A program made the position numbers and the translations under genes. Shown here piece after piece: positions 26,769 through 37,136 of a DNA stretch of 64,000 nt. The notes below the pieces were generated by a model. That model was not told the origin of the DNA. It ran no database searches and saw only the letters and a program-made list of their open reading frames with translations. The stretch's first letter is position 1, and each line of letters starts with the position of its first letter. Source of the stretch: Dehalococcoidia bacterium (GTDB taxonomy: Bacteria > Chloroflexota > Dehalococcoidia > Lucifugimonadales > UBA3495); assembly GCA_965197545.1 (NCBI GenBank), contig CBDANJ010000008.1:1317035-1381034 (forward strand), written 5' to 3'.

Positions 26769-28049
26769 ATGTCTACCAATAAAGACTTCGAGGTTTTCGA
26801 TAGCGACTCCCATGTAGTGGAACCGCGAGAGGTGTGGGAGACCTATCTGGAGCCAGAGTACCGAGTCCTGGGCAAACATGCCCTCTGGCGGGAAGAAGGC
26901 GAGTTCGACTCGTACCTGAAGGTCAATGGCCAGGTCTTCCGGGACAGCGCGAACCCGAACATTCCCCGCCACGCAATCTGGAAGCCGGGGATGACATGGG
27001 ACACCATCGGGGAGCTGGACCCGGACACGCGGCACCCGATGAGCGAAGGGGCGTTCGATCCGCAGGCACGGTTGCGGGACATGGATGCTATGGGCGTCGA
27101 CAGGTCTTTCATGTATCCCACCTGGTTCGCTGAGGGTTTCCACCTGGTGGAAGACCCGGACATCTCTTACGCGCTGGCCCGGGCCTACAACAACTGGGCG
27201 GCCGACTTCTGCCAGGTGGCGCCGGACCGCCTTTTCGCCGCCGCGATGGTCCCGCTGAGGAACATGGATTTCGCTATAGCCGAGTTGCGCCGGGCCGCCG
27301 GAATCCGTTGTTTCCGCGGAGCGTTCATCCGCCCCATGTTCATGGAGGGGCGGTATCTGACCCATCCCTACTACAATCCTCTCTGGGCGGAACTAGAGAG
27401 GCTGGGTATGACGGCCGCCGTGCATCCCACCGCGGGCTTATGGAACCCTGAATGGACATCCCATGGACCGTTCTTCGAAAAGGTCAGCGGCCGCCTCACG
27501 CAGACCGCCGGCCTGGGCGGAGGCGGGGGAGGTCCCCACGCGGGGGGCAGCACCAGCGACCGCAACCGGGTATCTCCCGCTTCGGGCTTGGTCCCCCTTG
27601 GTCACCCCGTTGCGCCGATTCTTGCCCCGTGGCTGGACAACCACATGTTCGTGGCTTCCGCGTTGCTTGGCTACACCGTGATGGAGCGGTATCCCGAGAT
27701 GAAGGTGGTCATGGCCCACGGCAAGGCGTCTTGGATGGAAGAAGTCCTGGAGAAGATGGAGGCTTCCACGCGGGTTATCCCCCTTCAGCATTACTACCCC
27801 GTGAGCACCGGGCCGGAGGAGACCTGGGAAGAGGGACGTGTGATGCTCGGGTTCGACGCCGAGGAACGGCTGATCCAGGAACTTCCGCATTCCTTCGCCG
27901 AAAAGATCGTCTGGGGCTCCCGCTATCCCCACCATGACACGTCAAGCGCGTGGAACGCTATCGAAGCGCTTACCTTAGCGGACGTTCCCAGGCCTATGAT
28001 TTCGCGGATGATGGGCGCGAATGCCAAGGAGCAGTTCGGGCTGGGCTAG
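26769..28049 (+). CDS. amidohydrolase-2 family metal-dependent hydrolase (paralogue)
   Basis: MSTNKDFEVFDSDSHVVEPREVWETYLEP...; contains a Gly-rich insert GLGGGGGGPHAGG. Confidence 0.8.
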   Translation: MSTNKDFEVFDSDSHVVEPREVWETYLEPEYRVLGKHALWREEGEFDSYLKVNGQVFRDSANPNIPRHAIWKPGMTWDTIGELDPDTRHPMSEGAFDPQARLRDMDAMGVDRSFMYPTWFAEGFHLVEDPDISYALARAYNNWAADFCQVAPDRLFAAAMVPLRNMDFAIAELRRAAGIRCFRGAFIRPMFMEGRYLTHPYYNPLWAELERLGMTAAVHPTAGLWNPEWTSHGPFFEKVSGRLTQTAGLGGGGGGPHAGGSTSDRNRVSPASGLVPLGHPVAPILAPWLDNHMFVASALLGYTVMERYPEMKVVMAHGKASWMEEVLEKMEASTRVIPLQHYYPVSTGPEETWEEGRVMLGFDAEERLIQELPHSFAEKIVWGSRYPHHDTSSAWNAIEALTLADVPRPMISRMMGANAKEQFGLG

Positions 28050-28406
28050 GGTCTCTCACTTGTCGGCGAGGACTGATGCGTCGCGGTGTTGTGACCGGAG
28101 ATCGAGGGGCCTGCTGCGCAGGGACGAACAGAGGGCAGAGGCGCATCTGAACATGTTGGACGGACAAGACCTTTCCGGGTGCGGGCGTTGTTTACCGTGC
28201 GGGAGCAAGTCTCTCCGAGAGGCTTGAGGTCCGAACACTAACCCAAGGGTTTCCAACACGCGCTCTCAGGTGAGCCATGTGTATAGATGTCAGTAGCTGG
28301 CATCCACTCGGCTAGCCTTTCGCCGGGACCATGCCGCCCTAATTCACTGTCCGGGTTGAAATTCGGCGAAGGCAGCGAGTACCAGGTAGAGAGGGGTCCA
28401 CCCTAG

Positions 28407-29050
28407 TTGCAAGCCCGTCTTACCCGAACTTCCACCCTTGTGACAATGGCTCATCGGGTCGGATTAGCAGGGATGCTCTGTTTGATTTCCGCTGCCCGTA
28501 TTTGGGCATGTGGCTATGGGCCTGACCCGACTCTTCCCTCCTCCCAGGAACCCACGGCTCCGGTTACGCCCGCCTTGACCGATATGCCTCCGCCAACATC
28601 CACATTGGCGCCAACGCTGGCTCCCACATCCGCTCCCAACCCGGTGCTGACGGTCATTCTCACACCCACTCACGTGGAGCGGTCCACGCCGGTACCTCGC
28701 CCGGTAGTGGGATTCTGTCCTGTGAATCCTGATTCGGTCGGACTGGGCTAGAATCCCGGCCTCGAGGAAGATTGTAGGATTTTACTGGAGTCGAGAGGCA
28801 CCCTCATTGGACCCACCACATCATCACACCTGAATTGGGATACCGCTATTCCCATCGCCGAGTGGGTGGGTGTCGGCCTGGATGGCTCACCATTGAGGGT
28901 GCAGAGTTTGGACCTCTATGGCAAGGGACTGACTGGACAGATTCCGCCTGCACTGGGCGATCTGGCTGAATTACGTAGGTTGGATGCTCGCAACAACCAG
29001 TTAACCGGCGGCATCCCACCAGAATTGGGCAAGCTATCGAACCGCGAATA
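28407..29050 (+). pseudogene. secreted leucine-rich-repeat protein: in-frame TAG (28749-28751) and IS-truncated 3' end
   Basis: Signal/lipobox-like ...LISAARIWACG, Pro/Thr linker, then NPGLEEDCRILLESRGTL...WVGVGLDGSPLRVQSLDLYGKGLTGQIPPALGDLAELRRLDARNNQLTGGIPPELGKLSN in the same frame. Confidence 0.65.
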
Positions 29051-29157
29051 CTAAGCTGGACTTTGTACAAAAACTAGACAAAATATAAAGACAGGGCAAG
29101 CTGGCTTGGTCTACCCCTTGTGAAAGGACAAGTCATGCTCACCCTGCCCGATGCCAT

Positions 29158-29184
29158 TGTATCTCTTGTATCTCTTGTATCTCT
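29158..29184 (+). repeat. 9-bp x3 tandem repeat (TGTATCTCT)
   Basis: Direct reading; encodes VSLVSLVSL. Confidence 0.9.
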
Positions 29185-29440
29185 GCTCACGCCCTTTTCG
29201 GCGCTGTTTCAACGCAGGACCTGGCTGAAACCCCAGCTGCTTCCGGCCGGCGCCATTCTGTCCCCTGGCAAGCGGACCGTGACCTCCGCGTTGCGTGTGA
29301 TGGGCCTGAGCGATGAACGAGGCTTTGCCCAATACCATCACGTCCTCCACGTCCTCAACCGGGCGGCGTGGCCGCCCCTCCGGTTGGGCCGGACCCTGCT
29401 GCGGCTTTTGCTCCAACACTTGGACCAAGGGTGCGGTCCC

Positions 29441-29477
29441 TGGTGTTCGGGCCTGGTGTTCGGGCTTGGTGTTCGGG
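29441..29477 (+). repeat. 13-bp-period x3 tandem repeat (TGGTGTTCGGG + 2 nt)
   Basis: Copies at 29441, 29454, 29467; removing one unit joins the two transposase frames at ...LVFGIDET. Confidence 0.85.
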
Positions 29478-29708
29478 ATAGACGAGACCCTGGAGCGGCG
29501 GCGGGGCCGGCGGATCAATGCCAAGGGAATCCACCGGGACGGAGTGCGCTCCAGCGGGAGTCATTTCGTCAAGGCCAGCGGCCTGCGCCGGACCAGCTTG
29601 ATGTGGCTGACTGCTACTGCTATACCCTGGGCCGGCCGGACTTGGGCGTTGCCTTTTCTGACGGCCCTGGCCCCTTCGGAACGATATTACCGGAGAAAGG
29701 GAAGGACT

Positions 29709-29730
29709 CCCAAGAAGCTCCCAAGAAGCT
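29709..29730 (+). repeat. 11-bp x2 tandem duplication (CCCAAGAAGCT)
   Basis: Direct reading; frameshifting. Confidence 0.9.
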
Positions 29731-30434
29731 CAAGAACCGGAAGCTCACCGACCGGGCGCGTCAGATTATCCGCCAGCAGCTACGCCGTCCTGGAATTGCT
29801 CCACTTCTGCCAGTCGTTGGCTCAACCGGTTACGGTCATCACCAGATTGCGGCTGGATGCTGCGCTCTATGAGCCGGCGCCGCCCCGCCGGCCGGGCCGG
29901 AATGGGCGCCCCAGGGTCAAGGGCAAGCGTCTGCCCAAGCTGAGGGAACTCCCGGACTCTCCGGATACATGTTGGGCCGAGGCGCCGGCGGCTTGGTATG
30001 ACGGCGCTGCCCGGACTGTGGAATTCGCTTCTCAAACCGCCCTCCGGCGCCACTCGGGGAAGCCGCCCGCACCCATTCGATGGGCGCTGATTCGAGACCC
30101 CTTGGGGCAATTCCGTCCCCAGGCGCTGCTGTCCACCGGCCTTGCCGCCACCCGGATCCGGATCGTGGAGTGGTTCGTGTTGCGCCGGCAACTGGAGGCG
30201 GCTTTCCAAGAGGTGCGCGCTCATTTGGGAGTGGAGACGCAGCGCCGGTGGTCTGACCGCGCCATTGCCCGCACCACGCCGGTATTGATGGGGCTCTTTT
30301 CCCGGATTACCCTGGCGTCCCGCCTGCGGCAAAAACAACGGCCCATGATCCGGCGCACTGCGGCGTGGTGCGCCAAACCAGCGCCCACCTTCGTCGATGC
30401 CATAGCCCGGGTGCGCCGCCATTTGTGGCCGGCG

Positions 30435-30458
30435 TCAGAGAGTTTTTCAGAGAGTTTT
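30435..30458 (+). repeat. 12-bp x2 tandem duplication (TCAGAGAGTTTT)
   Basis: Direct reading; encodes SESFSESF. Confidence 0.9.
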
Positions 30459-31551
30459 TCGATGTCGGCGCCGCAGCTGGACAGTGAAAAAGTCCCCACC
30501 GCATTTTACGCCCGACTCATAGACTCGCTGGCTACGCTGCCTAAATGTACAAAGTCCAGCTTAGAGACCCTGCCCTCTCACCCAGTGTCTTTCAATTCTC
30601 CCATACCTGCGCCATTCGCCCTTCCTCAGAATCCAAAACCTCGGCAATCGTCCTAAGCCATAGGCGTGAGGTCTCCCGCCCGGTGCCTCCCAACTTACAT
30701 TTCCCTCTTCCCGTTCCGTGTTCCACCTCTCTACCATCCATATCACTCAACATCTCCGAACACTAGCCCGGACCCAAACCCCCATCCCCCAAGGAGGCGC
30801 ATGTCCCAAAATGTCCCAGTCTGACTCAAAACAAAAACTCCGACCTCTCCGCCAGGCGCCGAACAGCCGTTCCGCCATGCCCGCCGCCGCACGGCGGCTT
30901 GCTTCCCCATGTCGGCGACGGTCCCGGAATGCGTCGTTGGCGACCGATGCAGGGTCAATTTGAGTTGTGCAATTTGCCTCAACACCTTCAAGGGTGTCCT
31001 TCAGGAGGTTGGAGTGCCACGTTAACGAGGACGCCCGCTACGGAGGTATGAACGGCGTTCCCGGATGCAGGTCCGTTGGTTCCCCTGCTGAATCGGGATC
31101 CAAATGAGTCCCGATGTTCTTATTCCGAGCGTTCCAATGTTTGCGGATTCACCGGGGGCGGTGCATTGGGTAAAATCGTTTCATGTGACCCGTGGCCGTG
31201 GAGACCTGGAACACCCGGTCGAGTAAGATCTTAGTACAATCCCTTTCAACCGGCGATGGATATCTCCAGTGCGGGGAGCGGCCGAATAGTTTTCCGAAGG
31301 CTTTCACTTCCCCGCTTACGGTATCAACAAAGGATCGAGAAGGTATGACTGTCCTACTATCTCACCACTGCTCGCATTAATCGCAGCGATGGCGTAATCA
31401 TAATTGAAAGTCTCCCATCCTTCAGGTCTCACAGACTTTGACCTGCCTTTTACTTGAATGACCCATATAGGCATACCTGGGGGATACAGGTCAGGATTAG
31501 GAAACCTCTGAACAAGTCGCCCGCACGACCATTTCCCCTATCTGACGAGGC

Positions 31552-31911
31552 TCAATTCAAGGACTTATTCAGAGTATCCTTAGATACTGTTTTCCCTTTC
31601 AGGAGATCCCGTTCAAACCATCTGAGTGTCGTAAGACAGGCTGCGTCAACGTTTCGTATCTCGACTGCGGATACTCCCGGTGAAGCAGAATTCAATGCTT
31701 GTACCGCTATTCTCTCGGCTTCGAATCTGTCGAGGAGGTCCGGCCCCTCTAGTCGCGGATCAATTTTCTCGCAGTCCGATTCATGTAGTTGGTGGGTTGC
31801 ATTCTGACACGCAATAGTTGTACTGAATAGCCAGGCACACACGACGATGGACATAATGGCCCGTGAAGCCAGATTCACGGTTTGCGAACGCTCCATGGGC
31901 GTGCCCCGCAT
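31552..31911 (-). CDS. hypothetical secreted protein (possibly the 5' part of a decayed PepSY-like gene)
   Basis: Signal-like AIMSIVVCAWLFSTTIAC. Downstream out-of-frame stretch ...PIWVIQVKG...INASSGEIVGQSYLLDP looks like a continuation. Confidence 0.35.
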   Translation of the reverse strand: MRGTPMERSQTVNLASRAIMSIVVCAWLFSTTIACQNATHQLHESDCEKIDPRLEGPDLLDRFEAERIAVQALNSASPGVSAVEIRNVDAACLTTLRWFERDLLKGKTVSKDTLNKSLN

Positions 31912-31967
31912 GGCAAGACTCGGATCACCCCTTACGTTACTTTATTGCCTTTGTTCCTCGTTAAAGG

Positions 31968-32249
31968 CTACAAGTCTTCAAAAGTTATCTCCCGGATTGC
32001 TTGGTCAGGACTGATCATGAAGTAAGAGGGGGTTTCCATAGTTTCAATCACACCGCTAGGGAGAACGCCGAACGTGGTGCCCTGTGGCCCCAACACCCAA
32101 TAGCCACCGTGGAGCAAGTGAACGGCCTCAGGGTCAGGATGGGTCATGAAGCTGATACCTCCCTCGACTGTTCCTGGTGTTTGATCCTCTACCACATCAA
32201 TCGACAGGTCATTCTGCTTATTATTGGCGTCGAACCCTGCCACATTCAT
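31968..32249 (-). CDS. hypothetical protein
   Basis: ATGA overlap with the upstream ORF; low-GC patch. Confidence 0.35.
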   Translation of the reverse strand: MNVAGFDANNKQNDLSIDVVEDQTPGTVEGGISFMTHPDPEAVHLLHGGYWVLGPQGTTFGVLPSGVIETMETPSYFMISPDQAIREITFEDL

Positions 32250-32785
32250 GCCATACGTTCTTCCGCCGGGAATTGGCTCCCCAGACTGGCAATTCGCACG
32301 GCTGACTTATCGTCGTCCGTGGCTACCATGTAATCTGTTGTAGAATCAGTAACTTTGGTCCCGTCTATTATGGGTTTGGTTACAATGTCAGAACTTAATC
32401 GGCCGTTGGGCGCGTCCATAGTTATGGAATACACAACGTGGACGCCGTAGTCACTTGCAATCACATGATGCACAGTGATGGAAGCGTCGTTTCCGCTCTT
32501 TCCTTGATTGAGTAAGTTCCATCCAGCCGATCCGGGATGGCCGTATTGATCACCAACGCTGAGTGTAAGGTAGCCTGTAAATATGGCTGTTACGGTCGCT
32601 ATGAGCGCAACAGCCGTGAGCATCACAGCTGCCAATCGTGTTCTTTGATCGCCTAATAGTGACATTATTCCGCCTCTCCTATGTACGCTTGAGGGATGGT
32701 GCATTCGGGATCTTCTTCGCAGGATAATAAAGTGGAGGTCATGGGTTGTTTCCATAGTTCTGGAAGTCGTCGTAACTGCCGCCAA
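32246..32785 (-). CDS. hypothetical membrane-anchored protein
   Basis: TM anchor RLAAVMLTAVALIATVTAIFTGYL followed by a beta-rich domain; start uncertain. Confidence 0.4.
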   Translation of the reverse strand: MAAVTTTSRTMETTHDLHFIILRRRSRMHHPSSVHRRGGIMSLLGDQRTRLAAVMLTAVALIATVTAIFTGYLTLSVGDQYGHPGSAGWNLLNQGKSGNDASITVHHVIASDYGVHVVYSITMDAPNGRLSSDIVTKPIIDGTKVTDSTTDYMVATDDDKSAVRIASLGSQFPAEERMA

Positions 32786-33140
32786 TTTGAACGAGTGTGT
32801 AACCGTCTGAAGTATCTACATGCGTGTTGTGCCACGTGTTCCACGCGTACCAGAGATTGTTCACCCTCTTGTACTTCATGTCGTGGATACCTGAAATACC
32901 CATTGCGTTGTTCGTCGCTGAACTAAACTTCGTCACCTCACCGCCAGCTTGAACAACACTACCGACCGTCATACCGGAGTTATACGACCGCCTCCCGGTC
33001 CCGGCGATACTGACGGTCCACGTCCCACTGGAGTTTTTTTCAATCACGTATGCGTACCTGCTGCCAACAGTCGCAGAGCCCTCCCAGTTCTCCCAACGGG
33101 AATCGACCCTGGAAGATGCATTGGCGTTATTGGATGACAC
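32739..33140 (-). CDS. hypothetical protein (Trp/Asn/Gly-rich, beta-rich)
   Basis: ORF only; overlaps the next ORF by 47 nt, so boundaries are uncertain. Confidence 0.3.
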   Translation of the reverse strand: MSSNNANASSRVDSRWENWEGSATVGSRYAYVIEKNSSGTWTVSIAGTGRRSYNSGMTVGSVVQAGGEVTKFSSATNNAMGISGIHDMKYKRVNNLWYAWNTWHNTHVDTSDGYTLVQIGGSYDDFQNYGNNP

Positions 33141-33233
33141 CTATATCGTCAAGAACAGGTACGGACTACCTAGACCAGATACCGGCTGCCTTGATCCAGT
33201 GCGGACAATCCTGATATGGAAGGGATGTAAATC

Positions 33234-33752
33234 ATGGACCCGAGGGCTGATTCGCTGGGCTCAGACCGGTGGTTGACCGATTCCCGCGTTTACAACCTGG
33301 TGTGGCTTGGCCGCTGGATCGAGCGGGCGCAAAATGTGGCGCGAGTCCTATTGTGGGCCGTCCGCGGATATCCGGGTAGTAGCGATGGGGCTCTGAGCTT
33401 GGAAGAAGTCCTGGGAATGGCCGCGTCCATTCGCGGTGTTGCCGTTGGGCCGGACGTCTCAAACCTGGATGCCTTGCTCACCAGGGACACGGGCGCTTCC
33501 CTGCGGGGTTGCCTCGTGGCTGCCCGCTACAACGCGACCCATGTGGCCCCGGTGGAGGTGATCCAGACCATCGGCGCGGCCATAGAAACATTGGTCAGTT
33601 TGCTGCCCACGTCTACCCAGGAAGCCGGGGTTTTGGTGGAGGGTATCCTGGGTATCCTGGACGATCTACATAGGGCGATTGAAGAGGCCTGGTTCCCTTC
33701 CGAAACGTTGTCGGAGGAAGAGGTCTATCGCCGGTTCGTCCAGCAGCAGTAG
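33234..33752 (+). CDS. alpha-E domain protein (short form)
   Basis: ...VWLGRWIERAQNVARVLL... matches the conserved LGRxIERAxNxAR helix; contains a 9-bp x2 duplication (GILGIL). Confidence 0.55.
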   Translation: MDPRADSLGSDRWLTDSRVYNLVWLGRWIERAQNVARVLLWAVRGYPGSSDGALSLEEVLGMAASIRGVAVGPDVSNLDALLTRDTGASLRGCLVAARYNATHVAPVEVIQTIGAAIETLVSLLPTSTQEAGVLVEGILGILDDLHRAIEEAWFPSETLSEEEVYRRFVQQQ

Positions 33753-33766
33753 GCTCCGCCGGGGTC

Positions 33767-34054
33767 TTAACCGGCCACTTCGAACCGTTCCGACTCAGGG
33801 GCCTGAGACCAGAGTTCTTCGGCTCCCGCCATTGCGACCGCCCTTTCCGGGCTGGCCCTCCAGGCGTCGTAGATTTCGTTGCTGTCCCAGGTAACTAGAG
33901 TGGTTATCTTGGCAGGGTCGGACAGGGAGTACAGGGTCTCCCTCGACCCGAAGCCGGGGGCTTTGCTCTGTGCCAGCCCGTTGCCGTCCAGGAGCTTCCG
34001 GGCGTCTTCGATCTTATCGGACTTGGCCCAGTGGTGCGTTAGCACTCCGATCAT
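33767..34054 (-). CDS. antibiotic-biosynthesis-monooxygenase (ABM/Dabb) fold protein
   Basis: 95 aa, ...LTHHWAKSDKIEDARKLL...LVTWDSNEIYDAWRASPE... Confidence 0.55.
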   Translation of the reverse strand: MIGVLTHHWAKSDKIEDARKLLDGNGLAQSKAPGFGSRETLYSLSDPAKITTLVTWDSNEIYDAWRASPERAVAMAGAEELWSQAPESERFEVAG

Positions 34055-34218
34055 TGCGGTCCCTCCGGGGTTTCAATCTTGAGTGGCTTCTCCGCGCTTG
34101 GGAGGCAGGTGAGCCCGTGGTGTGGGTGGGTTCGACCTATGGATTATATCGGCGCGCGGGGCTTTCCGGCCACCGCGCATCCGCCGGAACGTCGGCGGTG
34201 CGCTGAGTTGTTCCGGCC

Positions 34219-35559
34219 TCACTCTTGAGGCGCGCTCCCCCCGTCCTTCACCCTCAGCAAGGCCCCAGCTCCCAACGCCAGAAAGGCGACAAGCCCGCTG
34301 AGCACCGCCCCCATCTTCGCGGGCTCCTGGAAGGGAGGACCTGGAAAAGCCTTGCCCGCCACGAACAGGGCGACAGTTAGCCCTATTCCCGCGATGAGCC
34401 CCGCCACTGCCAGATGCCTTACCCCCATGCCGTTGGGCAAAGGGAATCCGACCCACGTCCCGGCTATGGAGAACAGGGCTATCCCCACTGTCTTGCCCAC
34501 GATCAGGGATGCCAGCACTATCACGGTAACCGTGTTGATCGCTCCGAAGGTCACTCCAGCGTTTACAAAGGCGAAGAAAAACAGGCCAAGGTCCACGAAC
34601 AGCTTGAGATGGTGCTCGAATTGCTCTAGAGGACTATGCGGGTGCGAGGCCATGTGCTCGGGCATTCCGCCGGCGTCAAGAGCGGGAACTTCCTCTTCGT
34701 CCCTGGCGCGCCCGGCGGGCAAGAAAGGCACCACGGGGACCAACGCCAGGGCGGGTTCGATAGACGCTTGCAACAGCCCCACCCAACTCATCAGTCCCGC
34801 CACCGCGATGTAAGGCGCCCATGACCGGACGTTTAGCCTCCGCATCCCCCACGCGGTGGCCATGGCGCCAACCACCAATAGGAGCCACAGCGGCCTGACT
34901 GGCAATTCCGGGTCGGAATAGAACACGGCGATGATCCCCAGTCCAATTCCGTCGTCGGCCACCGCCAAGAGCAGGAGGAAATTGACTGCGGGATGGCCGT
35001 TGCCAAAGACCAACCTTGCCACCAACCAGGCCAGCGCGATGTCGGTGGCGGTGGGTATTCCCCATCCGTTGGCCACCTCGGCGAAGTTGCCTGATTGCCC
35101 GTAGAAGATGTACGTCAGCAGGAGGTATAGGAGCGCTGGTCCAATCACACCTCCCAGGGTGCCCATAAGTGGGTTGATGGCGGTCCTGATGGGGTTCAAC
35201 ACGCCGCCAGGTAGAACGGAGTCGGTTATCTCCTTGGCGGCGATCCCGAAGAAAAAGACCATGAAGACGCCGTTGATGAGGAAGTGGGCCGTGACCGGAT
35301 GACCCAACACCGAGGTATGGAAACCGAGGGGGTGAAAATCGACCAACCGCTCGTACAGCTGATGGTCGAGGTTGGCGACCAGGAGTCCGGCGAAAACTCC
35401 GAGGATGAGCGGAAGGGAATATTCTTGGGTGAGCGCAACCACGCGCCGGGCGAAGTCCAACGTGTCTCCTGTTCTGAAGAAGTACCTGGGCGGGCGGCGT
35501 GATCCCTTGGGACCGCACCGAAGGGCACAATATAGGACCGCCCCGACGGCTGGAGCCAC
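34219..35559 (-). CDS. nhaA: Na+/H+ antiporter NhaA
   Basis: ...FFFGIAAKEI...GWGIPTATDIALAW...LLLLAVADDGIGLGIIAVFY...; start codon uncertain. Confidence 0.85.
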   Translation of the reverse strand: MAPAVGAVLYCALRCGPKGSRRPPRYFFRTGDTLDFARRVVALTQEYSLPLILGVFAGLLVANLDHQLYERLVDFHPLGFHTSVLGHPVTAHFLINGVFMVFFFGIAAKEITDSVLPGGVLNPIRTAINPLMGTLGGVIGPALLYLLLTYIFYGQSGNFAEVANGWGIPTATDIALAWLVARLVFGNGHPAVNFLLLLAVADDGIGLGIIAVFYSDPELPVRPLWLLLVVGAMATAWGMRRLNVRSWAPYIAVAGLMSWVGLLQASIEPALALVPVVPFLPAGRARDEEEVPALDAGGMPEHMASHPHSPLEQFEHHLKLFVDLGLFFFAFVNAGVTFGAINTVTVIVLASLIVGKTVGIALFSIAGTWVGFPLPNGMGVRHLAVAGLIAGIGLTVALFVAGKAFPGPPFQEPAKMGAVLSGLVAFLALGAGALLRVKDGGSAPQE

Positions 35560-35672
35560 CGCTCCCAGCCCAAAGGCAGCCTTCCCTCAAATTATAGCAC
35601 CCGTTACACTCCCGGACGCGATTGGGTAGAGGGGGCCGTATGCGAGTACAATGGCGCTACTCTGAAGCGGAG

Positions 35673-37136
35673 ATGCCCACCATGCCAGTTAAGACAGGGG
35701 CGCAATACATCGAGGGACTGAAGCAAAGGCCTTCGGAGGTTTGGGTCCGTGGAGAGCGCGTACAGGACGTCACGACCCATGCCGGTCTCCAGGGGGGAGT
35801 GCGGTCGGTTGCCGCTCTTTACGACATGCAACATGAGGGCGGGACCAAGGAGCGAATGACCTTTACTTCTCCCTCGTCCGGTGAACCGGTCGGCCTGTCC
35901 TTCATAATCCCCAGGACGATCGAAGACCTGGAACGGCGGCGGGATATGATGACCAACTGGGCATGGGAAGGTTGCGGGATGATGGCCAGGACCCCGGACT
36001 TCTTAAACGCGGCCATTAGCGGCTGGGCCGGAGCCTCCGCCTATTTCTCCCAGAACCGGGATGGTTTCGACAAGAATGTGCTCGACTATCATGAGTATAT
36101 CCGGGAGAACGATGTCACCCTGACCCACACTTTGGTCAATTTGCAGCGCAGCCGTAGACCCTCGGTGGTGGACAATATCGACGAGCAGGTCGCGCTAACC
36201 GTGATCAAGGAAACGGACGCCGGAATCGTCGTCCGCGGGAGCCGGATCCTTGCTACCCTGGGACCTATTTCAGATGAAATCGCCGTCTACCCCACGCGCA
36301 CCCACCTTATTGGACCGGACGCCTGGCGTCAGGCATTTTCCTTTGCCATCCCCAACGACACCCCTGGAGTGAAGTTCCTTTGCCGGGAGAGCTTCGACCT
36401 CGGGCGGTCCACCTTCGATCATCCCCTGGGGGCGCGGTTCGAAGAGATGGACGCAGTCGTCTTTTTCGACGACGTACTGGTACCCTGGGAAAGGGTCTTT
36501 CTGCTTGGCGACGTGGAGATGTGCAACAATTATTCCGCTGCCACTCAGTCCACGACCCATGCGGGCTACCAGGTGGCCAATCGCTGCGCGGTGAAGACCG
36601 AGTTCATTCTGGGATTGGCGTCGCTGATGGTGGACACCCTTGGTTCGGGCGACATCCCCCACGTACAGGAGCGGATAGCGGAAATCATCGTTTACTTGGA
36701 GGCCCTTAAGGCCTGTCTCAGGGCTGCGGAAGCCGACGCCAGTCTCAACCAGTGGGGGGTGATGTGTCCTGCGCCCGGACCTGTCAGCGCGGCCCGCGCC
36801 CTTTACCCGACGACCATCTACCCGAGGCTGGCGGAGATAGTACAGCAGTTGGGTTCAAGTAGTCTGATGGCCCTGCCGGCGGAAGACGACTTCCGCGCCG
36901 CCATTGGCCCGGACGTGGAGAAATACCTCGCCACGGATAGCGCATCGGCGTGGGAGCGGGCGCGGGTCTTCCACCTGGCCTGGGATGTAGCCTGTAGCGC
37001 TTTCGGAGGACGCCAGGTGCTGTACGAACGCTTCTTCGGCGGCGATCCGGTGCGAAACGCCATGATGACCTACCACTCGTACAACAGGGATGCCGCAGTC
37101 AAGCGGGTGCGGGACTTCCTGGACCGGGACCATTAG
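35673..37136 (+). CDS. 4-hydroxyphenylacetate 3-monooxygenase oxygenase-component family (HpaB-like)
   Basis: MPTMPVKTGAQYIEGLKQRPSEVWVRGERVQDVTTH...; family-typical length and blocks. Confidence 0.75.
   Translation: MPTMPVKTGAQYIEGLKQRPSEVWVRGERVQDVTTHAGLQGGVRSVAALYDMQHEGGTKERMTFTSPSSGEPVGLSFIIPRTIEDLERRRDMMTNWAWEGCGMMARTPDFLNAAISGWAGASAYFSQNRDGFDKNVLDYHEYIRENDVTLTHTLVNLQRSRRPSVVDNIDEQVALTVIKETDAGIVVRGSRILATLGPISDEIAVYPTRTHLIGPDAWRQAFSFAIPNDTPGVKFLCRESFDLGRSTFDHPLGARFEEMDAVVFFDDVLVPWERVFLLGDVEMCNNYSAATQSTTHAGYQVANRCAVKTEFILGLASLMVDTLGSGDIPHVQERIAEIIVYLEALKACLRAAEADASLNQWGVMCPAPGPVSAARALYPTTIYPRLAEIVQQLGSSSLMALPAEDDFRAAIGPDVEKYLATDSASAWERARVFHLAWDVACSAFGGRQVLYERFFGGDPVRNAMMTYHSYNRDAAVKRVRDFLDRDH

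Larger units (their letters stand above)
29051..30564 (+). mobile_element. IS701/IS4-superfamily insertion sequence (decayed)
   Basis: Perfect 19-bp terminal inverted repeats CTAAGCTGGACTTTGTACA (29051-29069) / TGTACAAAGTCCAGCTTAG (30546-30564). Confidence 0.8.
29120..30564 (+). pseudogene. DDE transposase (IS701-like), multiple frameshifts and tandem duplications
   Basis: ...GAILSPGKRTVTSALRVMGLSDERGFAQYHHVLNRAAW... / ...LVFGIDETLERRRG... / ...VITRLRLDAALYEPAPP...GRPRVKGKRLP... spread over two frames. Confidence 0.7.

Noticed and set aside
28749-28751. In-frame TAG codons (here and at 60208-60210) as possible stop-codon recoding
   Set aside because: Many clearly complete genes in the window terminate with TAG (Rad52, nuclease, UGSC, amidohydrolase). 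Both affected genes carry other lesions or sit in decayed DNA, so simple nonsense mutations are more parsimonious.
29158-30458. Short direct repeats as a possible CRISPR array
   Set aside because: Units are 9-13 bp in 2-3 immediately adjacent copies without spacers, inside a transposase gene. No cas genes are present in the window.
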